DNA of 63,333 nucleotides, the filler included, from Perkinsus chesapeaki ATCC PRA-425 (Eukaryota; Protista; Perkinsozoa): the NCBI GenBank assembly GCA_013115145.1. It is 9 parts of 9 records of this genome, joined end to end, with 100 filler letters (N's around TTAATTAATTAA, not from the genome) between each part and the next. Parts side by side here need not be neighbours in the genome. Positions count along the whole stretch, not along the records: positions 13,560 to 39,166 come from JAAPAO010000521.1; positions 39,267 to 47,563 come from JAAPAO010000983.1; 7 more parts are not named here. One strand, given 5' to 3'. The position numbers and the translations under genes were made by a program. The notes beneath the pieces were generated by a model. That model was not told the origin of the DNA. It saw only the letters and a list, made by a program, of their open reading frames with translations, and ran no database searches. Below are positions 27,201 to 39,627 of the stretch, piece by piece (position 1 is the stretch's first letter; every line of letters starts with the position of its first letter).

Positions 27201-30088
27201 CTTTATCTCTGAGTTTGGTTGATATCTATCTAATATCCACGATACTTACCGTTCCCCAGCTTGGGTGGCAGTCGATCGCGTCCACCTCCGCTATGAGCTC
27301 CTCCAATAGCTTGTCTCCCAGGCATGCCGTGTTCCGGCGTGCGGCGTCCAAATCCCCAGAATGTACGATACGGAACTGATTAAAATTAATGAAGATTACT
27401 TTGAGGTATCGCATTGCAGTTGCCTCCGTAGTGAGGTTAATCAGCCTGCTAATTCTAACCGACTTTGTCAAACTGGGCAACGCTGCAGCAGTGGCTTAGC
27501 AAAGCTCGCTGATCAGTTCTCAAGGCTAAATTCTTCTTTACTAACATGCTCCATTCCCTCGTCTCATACCTTCCGGTATAGAGACCCTACCGGAGACCCT
27601 CCTCTACACCACATACGTTATCGAAAGTAGCGTAGGTTTCACATGTTTCTCAATACACTCACTTTTTCAGCTTCTTCGTGTAAAGCTTCCAGCTCAGTTA
27701 GAGCAGCCTCTGCGACGGCGCTGGTCATGTTGTACACAGGTAAGTCGCGGACCTGAATGATCTTTTTGTCGTTCGAATTACTCCGCTACTGATTGCTGTC
27801 CATCGAGTATGTCCTACTTGCCAGTATTGTTTTTTTAATGCGAATGCGAGGCCCACAACATCAAGAGAGCACAAGTTAACGTTCGCCCACGAAGCGTGGT
27901 CGGAGTAAGCTGGGGTTCAGCTGGTGCTCACCTGTGAGACGATGGCGAGTCTTTGCTCGAGCTTCTCAGTCTGACTTATCTTAATAACATTGAGTATCTA
28001 TGCTAAGATGATCCCTTCTTACGAACACTTTACGTTCTTTACCTTGACTATCTCTGGTGGATCTTGGAACTCGGAACTTGCAATCCGGCTCAGTGCGTTA
28101 TTCAGAGCCCTCTCGTGGCGGCAGATGCGCCATTTGTGCCGGCCACGTTCCCTGAGTGACGACAATAATTCCGTAACCGCCGTATGAGAAGGTCTATAAC
28201 AGCGTGGCATCCGATTGATGGAAAGGTGACCCGGAAATACCACGAACTTTGCTATTGTAATTGAACTTATAAGGCGACCGATGGTGTAGAGCGACACATA
28301 AGAAACCGACGAGGAGAATCTTGTAGATCAACTAGATGACTTACCATCGTTCGGTCAAAGCCACCTTCTGTCCGTTACACTTCGATGTAGCAAGCCTCAA
28401 GACGAGCTCACTATGTTGTCTTCTGTTATCAGCGAGGATGCTGTTAGCATCATCGCTCAGGTCAGTGATTATCCTGCTTGCACAATGAGCTGTTCCCAAA
28501 TGCTTTCCAGTTCCGGCACCTCTCAATAGTTCCTTGGTCCTCATGAGCTGCCAGCAGGAGCTCCTCTGCCAGCGCTCTCAGTCGCTCGTCGATGCACTTC
28601 TTCCGTTTGCTGGATTCTATAGCCTGAAGCATGAGGCTGAGTTCCCGACGATCGATCAGCCAGGAGGTTCAACGAGAATAGACTTCTGACGACCAAGGAG
28701 TCATCTCGCCTTGCAGGAATGTGTTCCTCAGGGACGAAGAAGGGTTCCCAATACGGAGGAGATGCAGTGGAAATTTCGCCAAGAAACTGTTCCAACACTG
28801 CCAATGGAAAACTCCAGATGGATTCCTCCTGGGCCTAGCATCCTATGTTCCTCTAGGCCTCCCTGCCAAGGACGCTCGCCACTGGCTAGCTACCGGAGAG
28901 CTTGGAGACGAGGATCTACCTAGCCAAATACGACTGCCCCGCTGGCTCGCTCACAGCATGCTTCCGTAGTTTCGGACACATTTGGAATTCAGCTGACAGT
29001 GTTGTTGCTGAATCGTCTTTTCAGAGAATATCGTATTTGAAGCACCATATCTTCCTTCTCCAAGTGATCATCCAGCTACCTCTAAGGCCTCGCCGAACTG
29101 CTCTATGGACTTCTTCCTATCTACTATCATGCTCTCAATGAAGCTCAATACTTCATCAATCCATTCGCTGCTCTTAGCGCCTACTCCGGCAAGATCATCA
29201 CCGTAGGACTTGCATCCTACTCAGGACCGCTTCCTCTTGCTCGCTCTCGCTTTCCATAATATCCAACTTCACGGCAACCTCCGAATCTTGCTCCCCCATA
29301 GAGCGTAGCAGCTTCTCAGACTCGCTCTCCACCTGGACGGTACATGCCATTAAGTCAATCGGGCTGTTTCAGTGCGCCCATGACGATAGGAATAATATAT
29401 TCCTATCGTCATGGGCGCAAATTTAAAATTTGGCGAACAAGTTACCAAGCTCCCTGCTGCGACACATCGGTCGATATCCCCTTACTTCGGCTTCACACTC
29501 CTTTGCGAGGTTTACAATGAACGTTTTGTATTCCTCCAAAGCCTCATCGTGCCTCTTTTTTCTCCTGTCCAGATATAGGCGCAAAACAATGTTGCAAGAT
29601 GTGTGTCGCGTACTTAGCTGCAAAAACCTCTCTTTTCTTCATTCGGTCACGAAAATCAGCTTGCTTTTCCTGAGAGCACCTCACTTCCCGGACTCAATTC
29701 CCGCGAACTCCTCGCTGTGTGCCGGGATGTGGAGCTCTCCTTACTTCAGTCGGGACCACATCATCTACAAGACTCTTGACCATCTGCCGCTCCTCCTGAA
29801 TTTCCATCAGATTCACCGAAGGGGCCTTGGTTGCCTGAGGAAATATCGCCCTCGAACGTTCGCACTGCTAGACAAGGTGAGGTGCTAGGTGGATTGGTGG
29901 AGGCCGCAGTAAGGGTTCATACCTCCCGCGCCTCTCGAACCCGCTGTTGCTGCAACTGGGAGAAAGCCTGATGGAGAGATTACAGGTTGAACGAGCACCG
30001 TTTGCACTTTAATTTCTTGTCCGGTTTTGAACCCTTGGCGAGGATTTGGCATCTCGCGGGTATCTGGACTACTGGGGAACCCGGTCAT
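15250..30088 (-). CDS. CCDC180: CCDC180/CFAP76-like large coiled-coil flagellar protein (DUF4455 + DUF4456 type), many exons; start approximate
   Basis: Exon-derived peptides in the expected order: EIQEERQMVKSLVDDVVPTE, RKKRHDEALEEYKTFIVNLAKECE, IEGFAKDMLQLHNDYPNEIEVVW, an acidic middle region, ELDERLRRHATRKGFVRSE-YEPRLKQIISHKRKFERH, LAQLKATCLQLRNDVIPQ, CILKHLDSVPWGELFD, and terminal SHKTVLRTRNDKY...EWEKSLEHW, with a TGA at 15250-15252. The family call is by remembered motif similarity. Confidence 0.68.
20262..20343 (+). tRNA. tRNA-Tyr(GTA) with 9-nt intron
   Basis: 82 nt = 73 + 9. Acceptor CCGGCAA/TTGCCGG; anticodon arm TCCGA-CTGTAG[TGATTAGTA]A-TCGGA; the intron follows position 37. Confidence 0.96.
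21870..22021 (+). repeat. 5' LTR (150-152 bp)
   Basis: TGTGGTGATTTAATTG...TAATATCCACGA(TA); matches 27093-27244 except CAAGTTAGG versus CAAGCTAGG. Confidence 0.97.
22021..27063 (+). pseudogene. Single-frame gag-pol polyprotein (~1680 codons) interrupted by two in-frame stops (TAG 22252-22254, TGA 26578-26580)
   Basis: ORFs 22021, 22312 and 26671 are all in one frame. Motifs: CCHC knuckle CYYCREPGHLKSEC, protease LFDSGAS, RT LDCSRAF/FGL/YLDD, RNase H CDAS...EA...SDS...NVAADELSR, integrase HHCC, and DDE core (ADVG, SDNGGAF, NGKAER). Confidence 0.93.
27093..27244 (+). repeat. 3' LTR (150-152 bp)
   Basis: Preceded by the polypurine tract GGGGGAGG; near-identical to the 5' LTR. Confidence 0.97.
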
Positions 30089-30199
30089 CGAGAATGAGAA
30101 ACAGTTGCTGGCAAATGCTTCATCGAGATTGGAGCTCAGCTCGCTTTATTCAAAACCGTGATGTCTAATCCCCATGCTGCTGCAGCAACCTCAACTCGT

Positions 30200-32450
30200 T
30201 AACTAGATACTCCCAAGGTACAGCGAGAATCCTCGGAAGGTCGCGGCGCAAACTCAAAAACTATCAGCACTTGCGAGCAGCTTGTGACAGTGTGGACGAG
30301 GCGTTCGCGGAAATATGTCATTATTAGATTGCTTAGAAGCATCAGCGCTTGATCAGACCAGCACTTGGCTTCAGGAGCCCTTCTCATCATCCAACCATCT
30401 CGACAGTGGAGAGTTCCGCTCTACTTTGGACCGCTTTTCGATATCTCGACGAACAGAATCCGCGCCGTAGTCTTTCCATTTGTGCCGGCCCTGAGCAGGC
30501 GCAGTAACGACAGGTGCGCTTCCAGCGGTTAAACATGAAGCGTCACTTTAGCCAGTAAGAATGTGAAAATCGAAGAGGAAAATGTGAGGTGATTTATGGT
30601 CATCGTACTCGTCGAGTCGTCCACTTGGAAAAACCGTTGAATCGTGAAATGGTTGAATTGGCTGCCATAATGTTAGGGCCACCCAAGACCACCACGCCAG
30701 GGTTACTCCTGTAGAACTTGTTATCAACAGCGACCTCTGCCCTCATCCTTCCTGAAAAAGAGACCGTTTCGAAGCGCCACATTCGGGGAGTAAACTCGAC
30801 CGTTCATCGTCTCGTTGTTTCGCATCCTGCGTTGCTCTCGTATAAGCTGTTCACTTTGCCGCGCACGTTTAGAGACATCCTCAAGTCTCGAGGTTGCATT
30901 TGTCGGCGAGTATCTTACAGTTTCATACACCATGGGAAGTATCGCGATAATCTTTCATCACTCACTCAAATACACCGAACTCTTCATTCGCCATCTCGCT
31001 ACTCCAGCGCCCTTCCTGCTGCTCGCGGTTACCCGGCAAAGAACCTTTTCGATCAACTGAAATGTTTTCATGAAAGCGAACATGTGATGTATCCTCGACA
31101 GAGAGCTTCGTTACATTTCTTGCCAGGGAAGCCGCGAGAGTGGCTTCTGAAGAGCAGCCCTTCCGCACCGAACCTGAATAATATCCGTCAGCTCATACGT
31201 GTCAGTGGCAGTGTGACTGGATACCTGAGACGGTGTCAGGTAACCAGTATCGCTTCACAAGCATGCATACTAGAGATTAGTTCTATCTGGTGCGTAATAA
31301 GAGTACTTACTTCGTCTGCGGTCTGCTTGTATGGGCTGTTGAGATCGTTATTGGTCGACTAGGCGGTGGCATTGGGGTAGTCTACAGGATGCTTGGTATC
31401 TCAGTTGCGGTGACACAACCTACCTTGCGGCTCGCATTATTATAGCCATCAAGAGGTACAATTCTCGCCGGGTTCATCGTTGCTCTTTCCAAAGCTGCCG
31501 TATGCGGGTTTTTCGGCCTGAGGAGTCATAAAGATGGAAGCGCTCCGACTGTGCACATGTGAGCTGCAAGCGGCCACTTGGCTTACATCCGTCCATCTTG
31601 GTTATCGCCGTCCAACGGTTGCCATCTACCTTGCTTGCTGTATGATTTTGCAGTCACTTCGCGGATTCGATTCATCATCGATGGACTCGGTGGTTCGATC
31701 AACGGAGATAAGTCTCGGGCAGCACTCGGTGCGGCAGTGGGGGACTCGCCGTCCTCTACACCGTCCTGGGCAAAACTCTCCTCTAAAATTCAGAGGGCTT
31801 CCCTGCCCAATGCAGAGAGAGCAAAACTGACGCCTTCAGTTCTCCTGCTGCAGTTTGAAACGACCACAAAAGGCATCTTTCATGTTGACAACGGTGCTAC
31901 TGTACGAAGGAGTGCGAATCGGAGGCTGGAAAAACGAGCAGATCCATCTCACCGCAAAATTAAGCTCTTTACGGCTTCCGGATCTGCGCTCCTTCGACTG
32001 GCGGCCTGGAGCAACTCTCAGTTATCAGACTGTTGCCGAATAACTGAGGCTTACCAGGGCCTTCCCCCTGTGTGGCTTGTTCGAGACTTTGGCCAATATC
32101 GGCCTGGTCACTGTCCTCGTCATCATAGCCACCACACTCCCAGATAAGTATAGCCGATCGTTTCAGTGTTCTTAGAAGTGCCCCAAGCCGCGACCGGCTG
32201 AGACGAACGTAGAGGGCTTCAAGTCTCCTTCGAGCTCCATAAATACACTTGCCGAATATCTTGAGAAAGACGCGCCTGCAGGTGAGGAATCTTAACCAAT
32301 GATCAGGAATGCGCGACCTCGGACATGAAGGGTGAGTCGGAGAGCGAATTGAGCTAATTGAGCGACCTCATAGTTGGCTGCAAATAGATAGAGCGAACAG
32401 GCAAATGTATCGCTGTAATGGTTAGGAAGTAAGCTTTCGGAGATTCCTGG
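30200..32450 (-). CDS. Hypothetical multi-exon protein; boundaries approximate
   Basis: A series of short open exon-like segments bounded by GT/AG on the minus strand (for example EESFAQDGVEDGESPTAAPSAARDLSPLIEPPSPSMMNRIREV). No family was recognised. Confidence 0.3.
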
Positions 32451-32639
32451 CTCAGGAATCCCGAGAAAGTGCCAACCTACGGCTGTTTTCTCACTAAACC
32501 TGGCTCGCTTTTGAGTATCTTTGGTAACTAGTACAACTTAATAAGGACATCTGACTTGGAGTATGAGGTGCGAGCAATCGTTGGTTGTAATTCGCAGTCT
32601 CTGCTTACTGAAGTATTCTATTGAATCTCCAAAGAAGTG

Positions 32640-33345
32640 TCAAGAGTATAATGGCGCCTCCAAAACTCGCAACGGCCAAGTCGCGCGTGACTTCGTCTTT
32701 ATGCCCTGCACAGTGAACTATCATGTAGCCTACTGGGTCGCAGAAGAAGTACCAATTTGTATCCAAGTCATGTCATCGCTACTAGAGCCATTTCCCGGGA
32801 ACGTGCACAACCATGGGCCTCGCCCAGTCGATTGGGGGCACGACCAGGCATCGCAGAACCTGGTGAATCGTGGCATCCAAGGGCCGGGCGATTTTACGTG
32901 TCGTTGGTATCACTGTAAAATTGGCAACAGTCGAATGTCTCCTTGGTTGGGCAGCAATTGAAGGGCTCTTCTTTGGGGTGCCAGTATTCCTTAACCTCCG
33001 AGTACACAAACTTCATCTCGTAACCACTGAATCTGTAGGTGAAGTTGATATGCTCCAGGCGGAGCAGATAAGTTAGGCCTGGACAGCGTTCACTCACTCA
33101 AGGTTCGTTTCCGCTAGTTCGATTGCTATATCGAATCGGCAGTCACTGCATGAGCCAGTGAAACTCTCAAGACGACAGTGTCCTCGAGAAGTAGAGTTAC
33201 GATGGGGTATTGACACGTTCACTGGAAAGGAAACACACGTGCATTTTCGCGAGCGCTCAGAACGGTCAAGGTGTATCGAATCCTAACAGCGGGCGGTTGT
33301 ACTGGCTCTGAGGATGAAGATTAATAACAGCAGTATGCCCAGCAT
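32640..33345 (-). CDS. Putative secreted Cys-rich protein, multi-exon
   Basis: Signal-like MLGILLLLIFILRASTTAR; spliced exons give ...EEPFNCCPTKETFDCCQFYSDTNDTFCDAWSCPQSTGRGPWLCTFPG...GIKTKSRATWPLRVLEAPLYS*. Confidence 0.5.
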
Positions 33346-36299
33346 TGTGGATCCAAGACTGTATCGGTTACGGCGAACTCTGTAAACATACCTGGCATGG
33401 ACACGGTGAGTTGCCATATCGTTCCAAGGCAATCGTCCCTCCAGACGAAGTGATTCTACTAGCGTCATCACCGGCGAGCTGGAGTAATGCAAGTCCTACC
33501 CGGGTTCGGATAGACGTTCTGATTCGATGATGAGGTCTGGTGCCTTTGCCGCCACCCAGGAGCCGATTCTAATGCAAAGCCGCTTCATTTATATCTTCAG
33601 TAGAAAGAACAACACTCTCGTCCCTTCTGGATTATGCATCAATTGGTCAAGCCTTTTATGCGGTGGAAATGTCAGCAGCTGACATTACCAGGTTCTTGCT
33701 ACCTCAATTCGGAAGACGAAGGTTTAGCCAACCCACTAACACGATTACTTCACCACACAAGGCAATCTCTTTGAAGAATCGACATAATGCAACGCACACT
33801 CCGGGGGGAGACAGAAACGTATAGAAATTGAAGGTTCTTTCTCGGGATTGTCTTTGCCGTTTCGAAGATCGGAGGCCTCCTACACGCAGGGCTGCCGGTG
33901 CTTTCATCAGGGGGCATTTACCCTCTCGAGCAGGAATGGCTAGTCGCATCCTTCTGAGATTACGGCACAGCGGGAAGCTGGGCAGCGGAGCTCCGTGCTC
34001 GGGAACTCATCACGTCTCTAGCGGAGAGAGCAGGTAGGTAGCCTTAGCGGGGGAATCTATGACACAGGCTCAACTGGTATGTGATGTCGCGGACTCCAGA
34101 ATGTTCGGGACTGCGTGACGTCGTGCCGTGTCTCAATCAACGGCACCCAACAGTACCCAATTGTTACTTCTCACAACCTTGCGAGGCTTTGCGTTCGTTA
34201 CAGTTTATCAGGTTTCCTCTTCGAGCTTCAACGTTAGCGTTTTTTGGGCGGCAAACCGACTTCACCGGTGACTTGAGCTAGGCCCCCGTCGCCACTACTC
34301 AGGACGCACACCTCGCGTTACGGCGTCACATACTGTCTGCGGGCAGCATTGTGATGACATATCTAAGCTTGGTTACGATTGACCGTAAGACTTCAACAAA
34401 GGCCCTTTCGGATTGAAAATTTTCATCACAGAAGCATAACGTAAACTTCAGCAGAGCTCTTAGCAAAGTACTCATACGTTGCTGAGGGCAGCGAAGCCAA
34501 AAGAAAGGGCCGCGACTTTCCTGTACCTGGCGAGGGTGGTCCTGAGGTGTGATGGAGTTCAGGCTTACCTCGCGGAGGCTTCGCTAAAGCGGGACTCCTG
34601 TGGGCAATCACTTGACCAAAGCAACCTGAAACCCAATGGTCGCGGTCCAAGATGGAATTCAGGGAGAATGAGAAACTAAACATGTTTTCGATTCTCGTTC
34701 TAGTACTCATGTTTTAAATTGCAATCGTTAGCACTCAATATTGAGAGAGAAATCGACAAAATACGAAATATTCTATTTCATTGCGTCGGGCTGTATGTAG
34801 ACTGCGTAACCTATAAGAAGAATTAATTGCTGGCCGAAAGCTACAGTAGGCGCAATCTAAAGATCCACCTCGTGCGTATAGCTCGACTCTTCAACTGTTG
34901 CTCATATCAAGCTTAAATTTGGCACGGGATCACCTCTATGATTGCGCGCCCTGAGGGAGTGTAGTTAGACTGGATATCAACCCGAGCGATTGAATAAGCA
35001 CCTCCGAGCACACCAGAGAGTCTAACGGCGAGATTGCAATTGTCATTGGTGCCAAGCTGAGCTGTGACTTCACAGCAATCACCGAATCTGAATCGAACCT
35101 AGGCCACCTACAGTCGTCCTTTGTCATCGATGGCACCACAGAACATACCACCGCATGATATGTCAGATATCTCCACGTCGTCACCGCCGTCGTCGGGTAC
35201 AGGAACTCGCCGAGGCGGAACGCACTGCAAAGCTGCCGTAGTCGTCGACGGCGGGACACCTGAATCCTACATGGTGGAGCGGGACAGGGTGGCCTACCGA
35301 GGATGGTGAGGAGAGGAAGAGCGTCCATATCGTCCTCTGCATTCGACTGTTCTGAAATGCTCAAAGTCTCCGTACCCTCCCTGAGATAGAAAATATGAGA
35401 TGAGATGAAGTATGACCGCGCGCCCCAACTAAGGCGAATTATGACACATAGTTTATATAGGAAAGAAAATGAAGTAATCCATTCTCTGAACCACTCCAGC
35501 GGGGCACTGCACGGGTAAGCAGGACGACCGCTGTTCGACAAAACCGTGGAAATGAAAAAGGATGATTCACCCTCGGGAATTTAAGCTTGACAAGTTGGCT
35601 ACTAGTGATCGGTAAGAATGCCTCAAATTGAGCGGAGGACTTCCCGCGGAGAAGGCTGAGAGAAACGAGAACACTCTTGGACGTGAAATGGGTCGAAGAC
35701 TGAATCTGGTGGAGACACTTAACGTTTATCACAGACGACTCACCTTTCATTCGTCGGCTCTCGCAAAGGTGTCGGCCCGATCCCAGCTTGAAAGATATCA
35801 CCGGGTAGGGTAAGAAGAAGCGTTACCCAGTTCCCACATGACACGCTTTCAATGGGGACCTGCCATGGCCCAACTTAAGGTAGAGCTACCAACCAGTCAC
35901 CTTACCGTGCTCTGCAAGATATTCCATCCGCCATCAATAGAGACTCGATCGCCGGTACCTACGCAAAAGAGTCAGCAGTTTCGGGCGGGAAATGAGATCC
36001 TCAGATATGGCCGAGATAGGAGGCTCACAACCTATCAACTGTGCGTCATCCGTGATACTAATTGGTTATAATCGATCCGAGGCGCACGTTGTAGTTGGAG
36101 TATATTCCAACTTCATCGTGCCCGTAGATTCTGAATCTCCGTGAAATTCTCTATCGAATGGGGTCGATGGTTCACTCTGTCCTTTTTGGACACTTAATCT
36201 CAAAAATTTGACATCCGTGAAAATTCACTGTATATGATGTGACATTTCTTGTCCGGATTTGCACAACTCACATACGAAAGTGCGAACCATCCCAATGGC

Positions 36300-38100
36300 T
36301 CAGAAGTTTAATCTAGATCAAAAGTAAGACACATTGTTGCTCTGGGAGAATAAATGTGATCACCAAATTCTCCCGGTGTACATAGCATTCCCTTCGCTGA
36401 GGCGATTCACCTACAGCAGTAGGTGAGTAGGACAATTATCATCTGCCCTCCGATAGGACATTTCATAAATATTCATCTCCCGACAGCTGAGTTGTGGATG
36501 TAACAAATCAGTCATGAAATGGAACCACCCGAGCTGATTCAGCTAAGTTGAACGCCAGTCATACTTGCCACTGGACGACTGCTCCGACGTTTCCCAACCA
36601 ACACGTACGAGTAGACCTTCACCCTACCTAGTTGGCCATGCTGATTGATTCCAGTGCTTGCCAGCTGATCCCGGTGTTGGCTCAGAACCCAGGTGTGAGC
36701 AAATCCTGATGAGACCTGTCTGACTTTGAAGGACGGAGAGACAGATACCATAACAGGCTCGGATATTGATTCGGAGTGAGATGATGATGCTAGGCCAAGT
36801 TGACCGTACCTATCAGAAAACAATGCAACTTACTCAAGGAGGATTCTCACGCGTCGCGTGCGCATCGGGCTTCGACCCACTTTAGCTAGCATTACGATAT
36901 TTGCCATGAACGTGAAATTCCGTCACATCCCACCCCAAGGTGTTCCAGCGACTGCATTTCTTCGGCCGAGCACCATTCGGCAGAATTGCTAAGATAAGTC
37001 TAAACTAGCGGATAGAGCAAGCATAAGGAACTACTAAGCAGTTACTGCTACTCTATCTTCTGAGCTCCAAAGGAATATACTGGCACTCTGTACGGCAGCG
37101 CTGTTATTGTATGCAAAGTCACGTATACTTCTATTTATGGTAAACGTAGTAGACCGTGGTGTGCCTTATTCTTTCGAAGGCTTGGTCAGCCTTACCCTTC
37201 TTATTTTTATCATATCGACTACCTTTTGAACTCCAAAAGTGGAGCCGTCAGTAAGCTATGGAGTTTCCCGACCGTATGGCCGCCTAGAGCGAGAGAGAGG
37301 ACGCAATCCAAAAAGGGAGTCTCCTCATTGCCCACAAGTATTACGATGGTACATATTCGTAGTAGGAATACATTCCCCAGAGAAGTACGCATTGTTTGTT
37401 TCGCTATTCCCATGAGGCCTGTTATCACCTGTTATCTCCCCACGCCCACAGGTCTCCACCAACGGTAACGAAGAAGGAACAAAAATAGCCGCAAGCGATG
37501 GACGCCACTCCTTCTGTTGGTAAAGCTGCTACGGGCGCCAGGTTCAGATCGAACGTGCCTTCTTGTGGAACCGATCGACCGAGCTGACCCTAAATTAATC
37601 ACCATCTCGTTAGTAAGCTTAGAGATGACGCTTACGTGTTCGTTGCTGCCACAAGAGAGGACCCGCCCATCTTGAGCGAGCACTAGTAAATGTTCGGCTC
37701 CACAGGCGACCGATTCAACTCCAAAATTCAATTCGTGCATTTTCTTCACTTCTACGCCCAGCGGGCTCACATTGTACCTGCCATCCGTTATTCGATCGGG
37801 GATTCGGATTTTCATGGCCTGAAGATCGCGCGGCGGCGCTGTCAAGCATATTTCCAAGACTTCCCCCTACTCTTTATCGAACAAGAGGTACATCAGATCA
37901 GGGAGTCGAAGAGAAGTGTAAAGTTGATGGTGGGAATGCACATTTTTTTGGTAATGAAGCGTGCTAGTAATACTGTATTACTTCTCAAGAAGTATTTTAC
38001 ATTTTCTAAAACTTTCTAATAGAAGCGTTGAGGTGAAGTTTGATCTAAAGTTCCTATCGAACAGTATCCTCATTGACACCTTTCACATCGAGGAGCATAA
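36300..38100 (-). CDS. RCC1-repeat (beta-propeller) protein; ends approximate
   Basis: At least three RCC1 repeats: VACGAEHLLVLAQDGRVLSCGSNEH-GQLG, IACGYFCSFFVTVGGDLWAWGDNR-YGQLG and VSSGFAHTWVL...STGINQHGQLGR. Confidence 0.85.
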
Positions 38101-39627
38101 TTCCCTCAAGCTAAATGAGCCAGTATCGTGCCGACTTTGTCTCTTACTCGGTTATCCCAGTTCTGCCATTCCTCTCTGAAGTAACTACAGCCAAGTGGTG
38201 CCGACATGCAGCGACCAACTGCCCACCAGTAATCTCCTTGCTTTCGTGGGACCCTGGCCGGATGATGTGTACTGATGAGCTAGACATTTTAATCAACTAC
38301 TGAAATTATCTTTCTCTGGTCCTCGCGGGTAGCTGCAAGACCTTACGCATTTGGGTTGGTTTTGTCATCCCTTACGTTTTTCAAACGATATGCGATCGCA
38401 AGTTCGAGTCCAGGCTCGAGTTAAATCGATAAATTTCAATCAAAACCGATGCCCGTGGGAAGACAGTGCCAGTTTAGGTCCCGCAGTGGTTTCCTCTTAA
38501 ACGCAATACGACCAGATAATGATGGAAGCGACCCAGTAGCAACAGAGCAGGAATGAGCGATCAGTGATACACAGTGTGTCATGCAACGTATGCCGTAAAT
38601 GCGTGGGTGTTGTCGAAGAAGTTCGTATCGGCGAGGGTCACGATCTCCATTCCGCTGTGTTTATGGAGTACAGTCTCTACTAGTAACTTTTGGAACGACG
38701 CGAGTTCAGGCAATCTATAGCACCCACAAAGTGGTAAAATGTACCGAAGGCGTGCCTCCAAAGATCGAATTGGGGCTGTTCGGATTGACCGGATAGGTTA
38801 GTCCAGAGTTTTAGACGGTCATCGATCAAAAGAGCAACAGTGAAGAGTAGTATGCCCGAGGGCTCTTTCGTGAACCAACGAGTAAACCGGTGACCCGAGT
38901 AAATACTGAGAGTCGGCAATGGTTCCAGTTTGAAACGAAAGGTCAAATTCGGGTCAAATTATCTTTGTGGGAAAGCATTTGTTGATCGTTCCAACGAAAG
39001 CGGGTCGAACAGCTTATTAATATTTAATAACTAAACTAGGAAGAAGTGAAATACCGGCTGGTCCAGGGCAAAGTCTAACTTACCGGTGCCGTGCGGCATC
39101 GTCGCGCGCCGCCCGCAAAATCTCTGCGCGCGCCCTCAAAAACTCTTAATCCACCCTCAAATTTCTNNNNNNNNNNNNNNNNNNNNNNNNNNNNNNNNNN
39201 NNNNNNNNNNTTAATTAATTAANNNNNNNNNNNNNNNNNNNNNNNNNNNNNNNNNNNNNNNNNNNNCCGGTCCTTTCTCCCGGCAACCCCGTTATCAACG
39301 GGGGGGGTATCTTTTTTGCAAATCGTTGTTTCTTTTTACCCACTACTCTTTTAATCTTTTTAACCCCCCTCCCCCCCCCCCCCCCCAACCTGTCACCACT
39401 GCCGTCGTTCCTTCTATCGTATTGTGAAGTGTCGCAGCTCCCCCTTTGAGGCCGCTCTGTGCTCGGTTACTAACGACACTGTTGTTATTGCTCCATTGGG
39501 ATGTCATCATCATCATCACTACTGTACCACCATCAAGTATCTCGCTCACGTTTCAACAGTCATTTGGGGACAGTATATTGTGTTAGTCTTACTAAGGGAG
39601 TGGGTGGGTGATACAGGTGTTAAGATA

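Larger units (their letters stand above)
21870..27244 (+). mobile_element. Full-length LTR retrotransposon (PR-RT-RH-IN order, Ty3/Gypsy-like), antisense within an intron of the CCDC180-like gene
   Basis: Two ~150-bp LTRs with 1 mismatch; PBS-like TGGCACCTCGGGCG after the 5' LTR; PPT GGGGGAGG before the 3' LTR; internal gag-pol. Confidence 0.97.

Noticed and set aside
39060-39400. GC-rich run and poly-C tracts around the gap
   Set aside because: They look like low-quality read ends at contig boundaries.
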